Positions 31,001 to 38,070 are shown, numbered from the stretch's first letter. The stretch: DNA of 48,076 nt from a virus (IMGVR_UViG_3300026138_000005:1-48076), one strand, 5' to 3'. Made by a program: numbers and translations. Notes: generated by a model not told the origin, from the letters alone.

Positions 31001-34000
31001 CTCAAAGAGAATTAACACAAAAGATTGATGAACTAGAGCAAAGATACAGACAAGACGAGGTAACTAGAAGAGAACTGGATAGAGCATTAGCCAACGGAAC
31101 TATAGATGCTGCTACTCACGAAAGACAGACAGCTTCTTTACTTACCAAACAGCAGTACGAGACTCAGTTAGAATTCTTTTTAGATGCTAAGGAGAATACT
31201 GTATTTAAGTACGATTCTTTTGAGAACTATGTTCCTATGCAGATAGATGAAGATGCATATGTAAACAATGTATTAGAAGAAGCTTATAATAAATATCTAA
31301 AAGAAAAAGGTATTAACGGTAAGTCTTACAAAGAAGTTAACGCTACTATAGGCTCTATGTTTGACACGTTTACTAACGAGCTTACTCAGGGCGATGATAG
31401 TAGTGCAGCCTTTGAACACCTTAGTGATGTTGTATCTAAGAGTCTTGAGCTTAGCAAAACGGAAGAGGGTTACAGAGCAAGACAGAAAAGAATAGGAGAT
31501 GTTAGGAGACAGATAATGGGGGCGATGAAAAGGGAAAAGAGAAAGTCTACTAAGACTGGAACCGGAACTACAATCAATGCAATCAGGGGTAACGCTAGGT
31601 TTGGTCTTTATGAGATGGTGAATCCATTAGAAGTACTGGGAGCCCAGTTTGATTTAGCAGCAAAGATCGCTGCTAGAAACGAGGCTAAGCAGAAACTTGT
31701 GAATCTAATAGAAGAAACCAATGCTATGCTAATGGAGGAAGCTATGGTTGCACACAACAATGGCGTAGTTAAGATTGGTAAAATTGTACCTACGTGGAGA
31801 CTAAGACAGGCTACCGCTAAAAATATGGTAGAGGCAGCTATCGAAGACAAACAACTACCAAAAGACGTTGCAACGTCCGAACAATTCACAATGAATGTAT
31901 ATCTAGACGGACAGTTGCATACTATAGTATTTGAACAATCAGAAGCTGGAGACCAGACTGGAGTAAGAGCAATGGCTAGAGCTATGTTACAGGATGAGGC
32001 TAGTGACTTCCAATCTCTTAATGGCGGAATGCTGCACAGGTTATACAGAAGCGTAATGAACTACTTGAGGGCTGCAATTACTACAGCTAACATATTCTTT
32101 AATGCGAGTAACTTAATGAGGGATACAACGGAATCTCTAATGAATATCTCGTACATCTACGATACATACCAAGAGTCAGGTAAATCTAAGGGTGCTATTG
32201 CAAAAGAGGTGGCTGCTGATATGGCTGAGATGATGAAGCTTCAAACACTTATGTTTGCTTCATATGTTAAGATAAATAAATTTGGCTTAAACGCAGCGGA
32301 AGCAGTCAATATTACTATACCTAATCCAAATGGTGGGACTATGGAAGTGTCGCTGCACGAGTTGATTGATATGGCTAAGAATGCTGGAGCACAAATGAGT
32401 TGGTCTTTAGTTAACACAGACTTATTAGGTGATGGAGTTCAAGCTATACAAGAGGCTATCCGAGAAGAGGTTAGCCGACAGAAGGAAGCTTCTACATTTA
32501 GTGGACGTATGTTGCAGCGTGCTAAACTTATTGGTGGGTTACCGATAGACTTGATCAAACTTAACAATCCTAGAAAATACTCTGTGCCTTATTATCTTTC
32601 TCAAATGGCTGATGCACTAGAGAATCACAATAGGATGGCTGCATTTATGTTAGCGCTAAAGCGTGGTTTAACAGTAGACCAAGCAGCAGCAGCAGCAAGA
32701 AACGTTACTGTAAACTTTGAAAAGACAGGTACGTTACTCAAGAGTGCTAAACTTCCAAACCAATCAGGTGTTGAAACTACTGCTAAGGCAACTCTTCAGT
32801 TAGTACAGGGGGCTTACTTATTTATTCGCCCTGCCGTACAGGGTGGACGTAAGTTTATACAGAGATGGAATACGGAAAAGGGAAGAACAAGCTTAGCGTT
32901 TAGCGGACTATTAAGTGTAATGTCCAATGTATTTACTGTCTTTATGAATTACGATGAGGATGAGACAGAGTTGAAAAACATTTATAGGAATAAGTGGGCA
33001 GTAGAAAATTACTTCTACGTTCCTTTGACTAAAGGTGCAGGGCTTCAGATACCTAAACCATACTCTCCGGATAAGGTGTTGTCTACTATGATAACAAGAT
33101 CTTTTGGAGCCAAATACACAGGTCACTCAATGGGTGACATCCTTTGGGATGGAGTTAGTCAAAGTGCTACGTTACTACTTCCTTTAGATGTAACAAGAGC
33201 AGGGGAAGGTATGTTTGACCCTACTATTTTACAGCCATTTATGGAGTTATCTAGGAATAGAACTTACACCGGAAGAAGACCGCTGAGAGATCCAGAGGAT
33301 GGAATAAATTCTGTTAGCAATGAAATGTATCTTAAGACAAAGTTCTTAGGTATGGAGTTCGACAAGAACATATGGAGAGAACTTGCTAGACTTTCTCGTA
33401 AGGTGTACACTCCAGAGACAGCATCATTTGGAGATAAGCTATTATCACCACAGGGTATACAGCACGTGATGGGTGAATACTTCTTTAATAAAGGTGTGCT
33501 TAAGCCAGTAGAGCAAGTTAGGAAATCTTTCAGTGAAGTAGAAGCCGAAAAGTTTAGACAAGATAATGAACTTACAGAGGGTCAGATTCGGCTGATACAG
33601 ATCGGTAACGCTCTTAAGTACATAAAGTTCGATGACGGCAAAGTAGGTATGGCTAAAAACTTCTTTAACGCTACCAAGCATCCAGTAAAGAAAGGAAACT
33701 TTGAATCTAAGGTTGCTGCGTTGCAGAGTATTGAAGATTCTTTTTTAGCTGCAAAAGAGATTGGTAAAATAGATAACAAAACAGCAGAAAGGATATACAA
33801 GCAAAGACTTACTTCTTGGTATATAGAGAACAGCGGTCTGGAAGGGATCACGGAGGGATTATTTAAAGAGGTTGCACCTAAGGCGTACAGGTTTATGAGT
33901 AAAGACTTAACAGAAAAACAAGTACAAAGAATTTTAGACGAAGATTTCTTTAGAAGTGGTAAGGCTATTGAAAAATTAATAGCTAGTGGATTGTTTGATA

Positions 34001-34167
34001 AACTTGATAGAGAGACGCAAAGGGAAATGATAAGAGAAGCTAAGAGAAAGGAGAAAGAACTAACTAGAATGGTTAAAGATTTAGAGAGATCTGATGAATT
34101 AAGATACAGAGAAATGGAAAACATAGGCAACAATGCTTGGTGGGAATCCTTCTTTGGGAAAGATTAG
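22024..34167 (+). CDS. giant (4047 aa) polyvalent internal virion protein with zincin HExxH motif and LPD38-like C-terminal region
   Basis: VLAHELFH (HELFH at 26065-26079) with downstream EE; coiled coils; FFNASNLMRD...ENHNRMAAF...ARNVTVNFEKTG...YLFIRPAVQG...IPKPY...QPFMELSRNRTYTGR. Confidence 0.8.
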   Translation: MNPKLKELVSRLNAAQAFGDTELTEEQFLNIFSDEVKKEELLKRLNTAKAFGSEDLGIKEFNSTFFSSPSPEFVAPKAEAELEVSDRETRGYSTDLPDVQTESTVPELDPSLLTGTTDATADVDLSEIQGGTNIDRFILDNKDELFRNVSEYEGTEKYEVDRGSDAYQALYKQVKDYVQKKPVSARDTGVIFDPIEFRNDPNRYQENQIQAEMARFLEANAPEDIGLRDLQEQKFQETSEVVGLELDVTRKRLNELINEFENTPMTNAEADLKLQEIRALEDDLKEAGKEYLETTGIGETMEAFATVEPEEMESASKYLRGHQLAGGAAISKVLIDAFVKNQPKEPAIAELSANFAANAENVINGDEAQSKEAIDNIVAQFKANPYVREDETYVDRLSSVVAEMKLGRYAKTEAGNVLADMYVDAFRKNVEPKTKAAKIGYGITTIPYSIIDDVVEIAPELLTVAGTVMTQDDNRIQDAKQAVADAYESDNPTDIANAMQNFYDVESNVANEFLKTSGYLFDIDAAKGGVGDITKYKLDRSTAAKIKAQNRSLTDNTWKGIGDAYDAGEISKTEMIVGKAGVAISNAFQSSPSMVQAMIPYVGIASMATSAGADKYFEGLGNLDADYKNLLVGSAAVAVAEGFSGHIERYIGGKAWRTMTTAAKKKTVSELIKNSKDFFELSNSAYRKAVLKETGKDLGELLFDSSAEGFSEMLVTLTSNVVDRDVLGMDKDLFADMGETFATGFAMGAGAGSITAYGNIKESIKNPYEMSAEFREVYNAARVVQQRAKSSPIINKIRGRDTKETSLGNDVQGLQGKIEAIVLMTGASVSQATDALRATMPNVKTDTQLETDLSKAAEDTKQSISERLQEADARTRMSFAFNEMRDGNVHEAIEVLAAEEVAQEGRADETMEAPKVMERRAETADTAAMSSITGDSNQTGTVTTTLQSVSINGKEEDDVTTISTDAKEETSDIQFRDGEKQMSVSAVSSEIVNLEVTRKEDGTYTMVADDELNVNAKPFVYVALSKIAENMNKNGVTDTGSVKVVIEGVDQATIDNELNNISDALSEVFGEGGFTISNVKENSTTRETQGGQEFTISIDGGFNAQNVQDKLSTVIEFKEQFKEETGQDNIQEGETLEEYGKRRTKEAEMQYLTEEEAEEKAWGFWMLEGADRWMSNMNPDDALDQWRNRVAAKDGIIDETMSDEQILDSLETLFNNLLDAYTKKENLSRAMGKGVFAELVAIDRKKLEDNKETLKERYLKTIKAAVETQRESGGKFVFLLTKEAQDDYVNFWFGGDPSGHNSYGHFAPQRNAIVIYGDKLLEQIQNATEAYELSPLEFPIKLKEVLAHELFHSMLDKAYKAIMAKTGMDKIKIRSELVTQIVEMFDKGKLKFRSEIDQIRFAKFISAYREEGANVMYEEILVEIVPQIMQGKIFFDPTVEYGGLKKLLQTILDVVNDLFNTDFNIKDLGIDELDQRTVEAEAFLTILSSVYTPDEKGLSATALNGALVRLLTNVEAVAMAKMEKKGFTSEADYQNMIARSVLSEDSPLLSSGIIDRDPASRGTIVDPLGQVLLRIDDNETSNAVSPLDFNEPSSVNQHLSNHIMDALRTGAIKFKNKNVAESFTRWMGAYPVLSRSEEMVTEVYSMIQSGDLSIDTYRMTSPLKNMLKGFVRFASDISGTPIKLDFNNPAAVAEAFAALTEMGVTGSPSGLLADRLSSAKIEGSPIDGVLFQKQVKKTGFVAAEGAEGAALRKYALIKGLPTYEGKRHIAVEMTQEQAMTAMADLGIAGIHTDKGILTLDGKIYPKGKGGDIISINFGKNTVRLEYSKDPVKSGVKVDAKPYSPRIAREAVQAIPELKSDTEKKRLNKIAAKLMSLGYVDAAKSILVVAEATRHLKRNNIQTRIVFDKARKLRKDLAGTTLDINLKEGNPVKVATDMASLIFSNKTQKFKDEVYGAIKLAITGDKDGNAIKVLIDILSGTTELTDKQQQQLAKKIISTKNRLLKSLDVPLQIDESAVIINSIREDIFREAALELMSYGNQEFDDMVELGLPVGMLNTDKYTKVRDLDYNKPRTINPNMLAQRAEQMEMSYGLPKGSIQIPMFDHTTLDDDTPMLTVPHDRQFTGKVTTPIGDFDFSGGGLGMFHPDRVKAGVVYMSENSKVQGMVAQAIRLAKFIQERDGLPEPPNNVVVAAVMGKDNWQSNRDTAGFVTSMAEQQFGSTMDSPIPQAFKDAILNPELIKYTKDGVTKLSKAGRLITEIMAESKTMRDFFTKVEQRSFNDRKDIASRYFLQKNLDNEFATGKGSKYKRFLAKVGSALMGLSVEPAWNIVPDKHIFMMFEMDIAKTAKMIEQESAMNHRSYSTDVYGKQLGILSQTVFYPQAVSFPSDLLEATKPKEDSDMTKIIEAYSESVAKVEAGEATAKDYENITRMGREGGQSAFFTAGKEIPAPADSESAERTIATNVEADPTAGVRFMKEEDKEAEPTVEGVSPETTPVRATPKEGAKAAGDRLARDAKRKRKVKKLQELVASAKEQAIADLSTKSREIAVTLTNEEIDALVSILEGDDGYAITAFIITSDRQARDQQGMMFKADTIIAETLAQKLDISINSAKALVEAVTGRQFVSPESSTEARRREDYTQVVVNSIKFYMATNKLGVGFINSALRALGYNTGIEGIDTMVGDSGALMHRQIKNFAAAKRQSLQTRIKELERRMAILEREGGTDLAAMESLGSRISTAQVQLENLQQIIDDVDGYHALDKAKSVAAYTRSQMRQWLYEGGKKSFLARVNQHFTYDEFNEILLAMHTKERTVRNEQILRESIGLAQIERLELTNEKENIEANISKAEEAGVDTVALNKTLVTTERQLKENEEKLKELKKKLNENIVHAEDVLIPQSEAILKKFEAKSDEAKTAFRELAAEMKENLITKRIEMLYDNGMITSEQKEALMNGSRKSIDQINREGKDRELREQLDRGNITYDEYLEKQSKLDESSIEFEAQRELTQKIDELEQRYRQDEVTRRELDRALANGTIDAATHERQTASLLTKQQYETQLEFFLDAKENTVFKYDSFENYVPMQIDEDAYVNNVLEEAYNKYLKEKGINGKSYKEVNATIGSMFDTFTNELTQGDDSSAAFEHLSDVVSKSLELSKTEEGYRARQKRIGDVRRQIMGAMKREKRKSTKTGTGTTINAIRGNARFGLYEMVNPLEVLGAQFDLAAKIAARNEAKQKLVNLIEETNAMLMEEAMVAHNNGVVKIGKIVPTWRLRQATAKNMVEAAIEDKQLPKDVATSEQFTMNVYLDGQLHTIVFEQSEAGDQTGVRAMARAMLQDEASDFQSLNGGMLHRLYRSVMNYLRAAITTANIFFNASNLMRDTTESLMNISYIYDTYQESGKSKGAIAKEVAADMAEMMKLQTLMFASYVKINKFGLNAAEAVNITIPNPNGGTMEVSLHELIDMAKNAGAQMSWSLVNTDLLGDGVQAIQEAIREEVSRQKEASTFSGRMLQRAKLIGGLPIDLIKLNNPRKYSVPYYLSQMADALENHNRMAAFMLALKRGLTVDQAAAAARNVTVNFEKTGTLLKSAKLPNQSGVETTAKATLQLVQGAYLFIRPAVQGGRKFIQRWNTEKGRTSLAFSGLLSVMSNVFTVFMNYDEDETELKNIYRNKWAVENYFYVPLTKGAGLQIPKPYSPDKVLSTMITRSFGAKYTGHSMGDILWDGVSQSATLLLPLDVTRAGEGMFDPTILQPFMELSRNRTYTGRRPLRDPEDGINSVSNEMYLKTKFLGMEFDKNIWRELARLSRKVYTPETASFGDKLLSPQGIQHVMGEYFFNKGVLKPVEQVRKSFSEVEAEKFRQDNELTEGQIRLIQIGNALKYIKFDDGKVGMAKNFFNATKHPVKKGNFESKVAALQSIEDSFLAAKEIGKIDNKTAERIYKQRLTSWYIENSGLEGITEGLFKEVAPKAYRFMSKDLTEKQVQRILDEDFFRSGKAIEKLIASGLFDKLDRETQREMIREAKRKEKELTRMVKDLERSDELRYREMENIGNNAWWESFFGKD

Positions 34168-34193
34168 ATTATCTCGGTATATGGTTTAGGTTT

Positions 34194-34218
34194 GGGGAGC
34201 TGAAAAGTTCCCCTTTCT
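34194..34218 (+). terminator. possible terminator after giant gene
   Basis: GGGGAGC-tgaaaa-GTTCCCC hairpin followed by TTTCT. Confidence 0.6.
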
Positions 34219-34252
34219 ATTTATGTATATGTTATAATAAACACTTATATTA
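34205..34252 (+). promoter_or_regulatory. putative late promoter copy 3
   Basis: AAGTTCCCCTTTCTATTTATGTATAT-gttataa-TAAA-cac-TTATATTA, 19 nt upstream of ATG 34272. Confidence 0.7.
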
Positions 34253-34271
34253 AAGGATAAAATTTTATAAG

Positions 34272-34808
34272 ATGAACTATTCAGGAGATCCTACACTGCC
34301 AACCAAAGGCAAAAGAAGTAAATTATACGATGACACATCAGCTAGGTCTGGTGATTATATTGGCGATACACTATCACGTGATTTCAGTAGAAAGCCAATC
34401 GACGTAGCAGCTTATAAGTTCGACACTCAGTTAGTGGACGAAGGTGAAAAGGTGATGCTACTTGGCGACCCTAAAGCTGGTAGAGGTACTATCGTAGTTG
34501 ACAGAGCCAACTTCCAATCTTTCAGCCCAGAGCTACCGACTAGACTTCGCAAGCAGTTGTTTGAAGGAACAGGAGAAGATCGTGCAGCAGCTATTACTTT
34601 TATGAAAGAACGTGGCTTAATAAAAGGTGACGTATCTAAAATGACTAGACAAAACTTCGAGGACGTGTTAGTTAGATTTGAAGACAGCCTACCTGAGCTC
34701 AATGACCTGAATATGTACGACCAAATGAGTAAGTCATACGCAGGTAAGAAAGGAGCGCTTAGAGCCGGAGGAATGGCATCTGGAGCCTTAGACAAGATGG
34801 AAGACTAA
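34272..34808 (+). CDS. hypothetical protein
   Basis: 178-aa ORF behind promoter copy 3; no recognisable motif. Confidence 0.7.
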   Translation: MNYSGDPTLPTKGKRSKLYDDTSARSGDYIGDTLSRDFSRKPIDVAAYKFDTQLVDEGEKVMLLGDPKAGRGTIVVDRANFQSFSPELPTRLRKQLFEGTGEDRAAAITFMKERGLIKGDVSKMTRQNFEDVLVRFEDSLPELNDLNMYDQMSKSYAGKKGALRAGGMASGALDKMED

Positions 34809-34848
34809 TATTTTTTTTCTTAACAGCCAAGCCTAAACAATTTACAAA

Positions 34849-35121
34849 ATGAATGAAATAATAATAGGTTCGGCAGCAGCCATAATTGGTGCTATAAGTG
34901 GGTTTTTTATCAATCTAAAAAGAACTAACAGTGACGTACAGAGTAATCTACAAGAAGGTTACGCCACTGCACTAGAACAATTAAGTGAGATGACTCTAAA
35001 ATGGCAGATCGCAGAAAGCGAGATAGCCGAAATGAGAGAAGAAGTAGCAAAACTAAAAGAAGCAATTATATCGTTAACATCCGTATTAACCAAATATAAG
35101 GATAACTATGGAGATATATAG
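34849..35121 (+). CDS. membrane-anchored coiled-coil protein (possible lysis accessory)
   Basis: N-terminal TM IIIGSAAAIIGAISGFFI followed by heptad coiled coil. Confidence 0.6.
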   Translation: MNEIIIGSAAAIIGAISGFFINLKRTNSDVQSNLQEGYATALEQLSEMTLKWQIAESEIAEMREEVAKLKEAIISLTSVLTKYKDNYGDI

Positions 35122-35128
35122 CTAGGCT

Positions 35129-35326
35129 ATGATTAAATATATGAGAAAGCAACTAAGAAGGCTGGAACAAAAAAGAAAGCGTGCGATCAATAAAAACCCT
35201 GAGTTTGATACGAACACGCTTTCTAGAGAGATAAAGCAACTACGATGTGACATTGCAGAAGCTAAGGAATGTCTAAAGAGATATCAATCTACTGTCCCAA
35301 GTTTAGTAAAAAGTAAGAATAACTAA
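35129..35326 (+). CDS. hypothetical protein
   Basis: 65-aa basic helical ORF; overlaps the convergent gene by 38 nt. Confidence 0.5.
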   Translation: MIKYMRKQLRRLEQKRKRAINKNPEFDTNTLSREIKQLRCDIAEAKECLKRYQSTVPSLVKSKNN

Positions 35327-35951
35327 GGTAACCAGTTTTTTCTTCACATTTTTTTAGTTGATTAAGCAGCTTATTAAAGACTGCTTGTGGTACATTAGTA
35401 ACTTGGCAGCCTGCTGACCATCCTCCAACTATCGTTGATGTGCCAGCTACGTTTGCCGTATGTAGATTTATTCCGAAGTAACCTGTGTGTTCTTCGCCAT
35501 CAAAGTTGTGCTCAAGATCTCCGTTATTGTCTCTTAATACAGTTACTTCATTCCCTATTTGTATTAATGCATTCTTGCCTTTATGCTTGCCTCTCTTCCA
35601 TAGAGAAGGATGAAAGCCACATTTTAATTGTGCCGTACCTTTAGAATTTATAGGATTGTTATGCATACGCCTACCAGCTAAAGTTGTTGCCGGTAATTCA
35701 TACCATAACCTAGCTTCGCCCTCGCCTGTATCTTCAGTCCAAGTAAAGTATATAATGTCTTGGAATTTATCTGACACTTTGTTGTTTGATCTAGGAGTTC
35801 TTATACCAACTATAGATACATTAAAGTCTCCTTTCCAAAGACTCTTGCCTGTCTGGTGGTAAAGCTCTTCCTCTACTACACACAAATCACAGGCGGAAGC
35901 ATTAGCTTCCACCCATTTGTCTTCATCTGTTTTAAATATTATTGTCTTCAT
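35289..35951 (-). CDS. putative peptidoglycan-active enzyme (L,D-transpeptidase-like His/Cys motif), candidate endolysin
   Basis: IVGIR...F.D...ATT..G...GTAQL..G...GKHKG..AL.Q...V.RD...GINLH...WSAGCQV; H-x14-S-x-G-C resembles the YkuD catalytic motif. Confidence 0.55.
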   Translation of the reverse strand: MKTIIFKTDEDKWVEANASACDLCVVEEELYHQTGKSLWKGDFNVSIVGIRTPRSNNKVSDKFQDIIYFTWTEDTGEGEARLWYELPATTLAGRRMHNNPINSKGTAQLKCGFHPSLWKRGKHKGKNALIQIGNEVTVLRDNNGDLEHNFDGEEHTGYFGINLHTANVAGTSTIVGGWSAGCQVTNVPQAVFNKLLNQLKKCEEKTGYLSYSYFLLNLGQ

Positions 35952-36469
35952 ATCTTGGTGCTACTACAGGATGGCTCTGGTACATTGCAAGCAGGACATA
36001 CGGCGTTGACTATCATTTGAAGGCACAGGGATATATTCTGCAAGTCAAGATCGACAGGGTCTTTGCCGTTAGGTTTTGCTATAGATAGCATACTTATGTT
36101 GCCTTCTATAACCTCTAAGGTTGCTTCAATACCTGTAGTCATACGAATAAATAGCACGCCTAGTTCGTGGTCATACGTTGCGTAGTTTTCCGTTAACATA
36201 AAAGTTTTCTCGCCGGTGCAATTATTTAACCAAACAGCGTGACCTTTTATGTACTCTTCAGACACACCTTTAAATGCTATGTAACTACTTCCGTCTTTCT
36301 CAAAAGCTAAAGTAAAATCAGCATTAGCCGATGTAGTTGCGTAATGGTTGCCGTCTTTAGGCAAAAGGTAAAAGAATGGTTTGTCTTGACAATTAGCAGC
36401 AAAACTAAATGCTATAGTCAAAATCATTGTCAGCATAAATGCTACGAAAATTTCTGTTATCTTCTTCAT
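35948..36469 (-). CDS. hypothetical exported protein
   Basis: MKKITEIFVAFMLTMILTIAFSFAANC|Q signal peptide; Cys-rich C-terminus. Confidence 0.65.
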   Translation of the reverse strand: MKKITEIFVAFMLTMILTIAFSFAANCQDKPFFYLLPKDGNHYATTSANADFTLAFEKDGSSYIAFKGVSEEYIKGHAVWLNNCTGEKTFMLTENYATYDHELGVLFIRMTTGIEATLEVIEGNISMLSIAKPNGKDPVDLDLQNISLCLQMIVNAVCPACNVPEPSCSSTKI

Positions 36470-37626
36470 TATTCTATGTGTTTTGATAAATTAGTTTCTT
36501 TAAAATTGTCTATGCAAAATTGTACGAAATCATCTGCGGAAAACCAAGCAGGGTTTCTTTTTTCTGCATAATCTTGCAAGTCTTTAGCTACTATTACTCC
36601 GCTATAATGAGTGTGTATGTCAGCTATAGTCTCCACTAATCCAGTTTCCTGCACCCATACCATAAATCTATCTCGGTTTTGTATTCCGGAATCGTCTAAC
36701 ACTATCTTAATGCCTGTGCTTAAGCTCTGTACTTTTTCAATATCATCTAGCATTTCATCGACAGCAGCTACATCTTCCTCAGTCCAGTTTCTAGCTTTGT
36801 ATCCTGCCATACTCTCCATTAAAACTTGTATAGTTTGACAGATACTTACTTCTCCGGTAACACCTTTAAGGACATCTTCGCTTATCCTGTGTATTTTGTG
36901 TATTACTTCTACAACAGGAGTTGGGTTTGCTTTGGTTCCCTTTATGCTATCGTATTTAAAACACAGGCTAACAAATGCTAAGTAATTCATTTGCCTTATC
37001 TCTTTTGCCGAAGCATATTTTAGTATGCAAAGATAATCAACAGTTTGTACTAACCTGAAAAAATGGTCTTTGTCTTTATGACAGAAGTCAAAGAAATCAG
37101 CGGTAAACCTTGCGTCATCATCGTATTCTTCTTTCTCTTCTGGCTTTTCAATGTCATCTTTCTCGCCATCGGTAACGACAAAAACATCTTCTTGAGTTTG
37201 GCTTGATATCCAAGATAAGAAATTTTCTAATTCTTTTTGCGATAATTCTTCTATATCTTTTAAGTCCTTATCTTTTGGCGCATCTAAAACAGGTTTGTTG
37301 TCATTATGAAGGTCAAGTAATTCATCAAAGAAATTAAAGACATCATCCTGAAGATTTTTGTTGCTCAAAAAATCATTCAACAAATTCTGTATCATATTAA
37401 ACAAAGTAAAAACTTCGTTTGGGTCTAGATGCTCGAACCTTAAGCAGTACAATTTTTTATTACCAGAATTTACTTCGACTAAAATAGAAGGGACATCTTG
37501 CTTTTTCTTGTACGTCAACACAGATATACCTCTACTTAATGAACCTACCGATCTAATTACTTTGGCTTTTCTTCGATCGACTTTATCTATAACGTTTAAA
37601 TTAAAACCATTATTTAGATTTAGCAT
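36469..37626 (-). CDS. hypothetical protein
   Basis: 385-aa acidic ORF coupled to its neighbours. Confidence 0.75.
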   Translation of the reverse strand: MLNLNNGFNLNVIDKVDRRKAKVIRSVGSLSRGISVLTYKKKQDVPSILVEVNSGNKKLYCLRFEHLDPNEVFTLFNMIQNLLNDFLSNKNLQDDVFNFFDELLDLHNDNKPVLDAPKDKDLKDIEELSQKELENFLSWISSQTQEDVFVVTDGEKDDIEKPEEKEEYDDDARFTADFFDFCHKDKDHFFRLVQTVDYLCILKYASAKEIRQMNYLAFVSLCFKYDSIKGTKANPTPVVEVIHKIHRISEDVLKGVTGEVSICQTIQVLMESMAGYKARNWTEEDVAAVDEMLDDIEKVQSLSTGIKIVLDDSGIQNRDRFMVWVQETGLVETIADIHTHYSGVIVAKDLQDYAEKRNPAWFSADDFVQFCIDNFKETNLSKHIE

Positions 37627-38029
37627 TCGTGTTTTTTTGTGCGTTAGCTATAAGTTGAGCAGCTTTTAGTTTTAAGCCAACCACCTCTATACTTTGTAGG
37701 AACCAGTACCCTGCAATGTCCAATATAGAATCTTCTATAGCAGCAGAGTTCAACTGCAACTCTTCTTCGCTCATATTGCTTTCATCTAATAAAGCTAGAG
37801 AATGTAGTCTATTTAATTTTTCATTAAGGCGAGACCTTATGATCCCATATGACTGCGGATTTATATTTAAAAAATCAATAGGCTCAAGAGCAGCGTTACC
37901 ATACTGCTTATTCTTTTCAACCAAAACAGGTTTGAAGTAATTAATATATATCGTATCCAACTTAGTTTCAAAGCTTGCTACATCCCACTCTACAGAATTG
38001 ACTTCTTGTTTTTGTTTTTTCTTAGGCAT
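37610..38029 (-). CDS. DUF1599-like nucleotide-modification-associated protein
   Basis: L.EKN..YGNA...IRSRLNEKLNRL...EDSILDIAGY..L signature. Confidence 0.7.
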   Translation of the reverse strand: MPKKKQKQEVNSVEWDVASFETKLDTIYINYFKPVLVEKNKQYGNAALEPIDFLNINPQSYGIIRSRLNEKLNRLHSLALLDESNMSEEELQLNSAAIEDSILDIAGYWFLQSIEVVGLKLKAAQLIANAQKNTNAKSK

Positions 38030-38041
38030 TTAAGAGATTTT

Positions 38042-38070
38042 AAAAAGGCTCTCGTTGATTCAAGAGCCTT
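38042..38070 (-). terminator. Rho-independent terminator after SSB gene
   Basis: Minus strand AAGGCTCT-tgaatcaacg-AGAGCCTT-TTT. Confidence 0.75.

Noticed and set aside
553-34795. Numerous minus-strand ORFs inside the structural genes (e.g. 2371-2703, 21028-21522, 29328-29834, 33582-34133)
   Set aside because: Fully antisense to long, well-supported genes, with Ser/Leu-rich shadow composition and no motifs.
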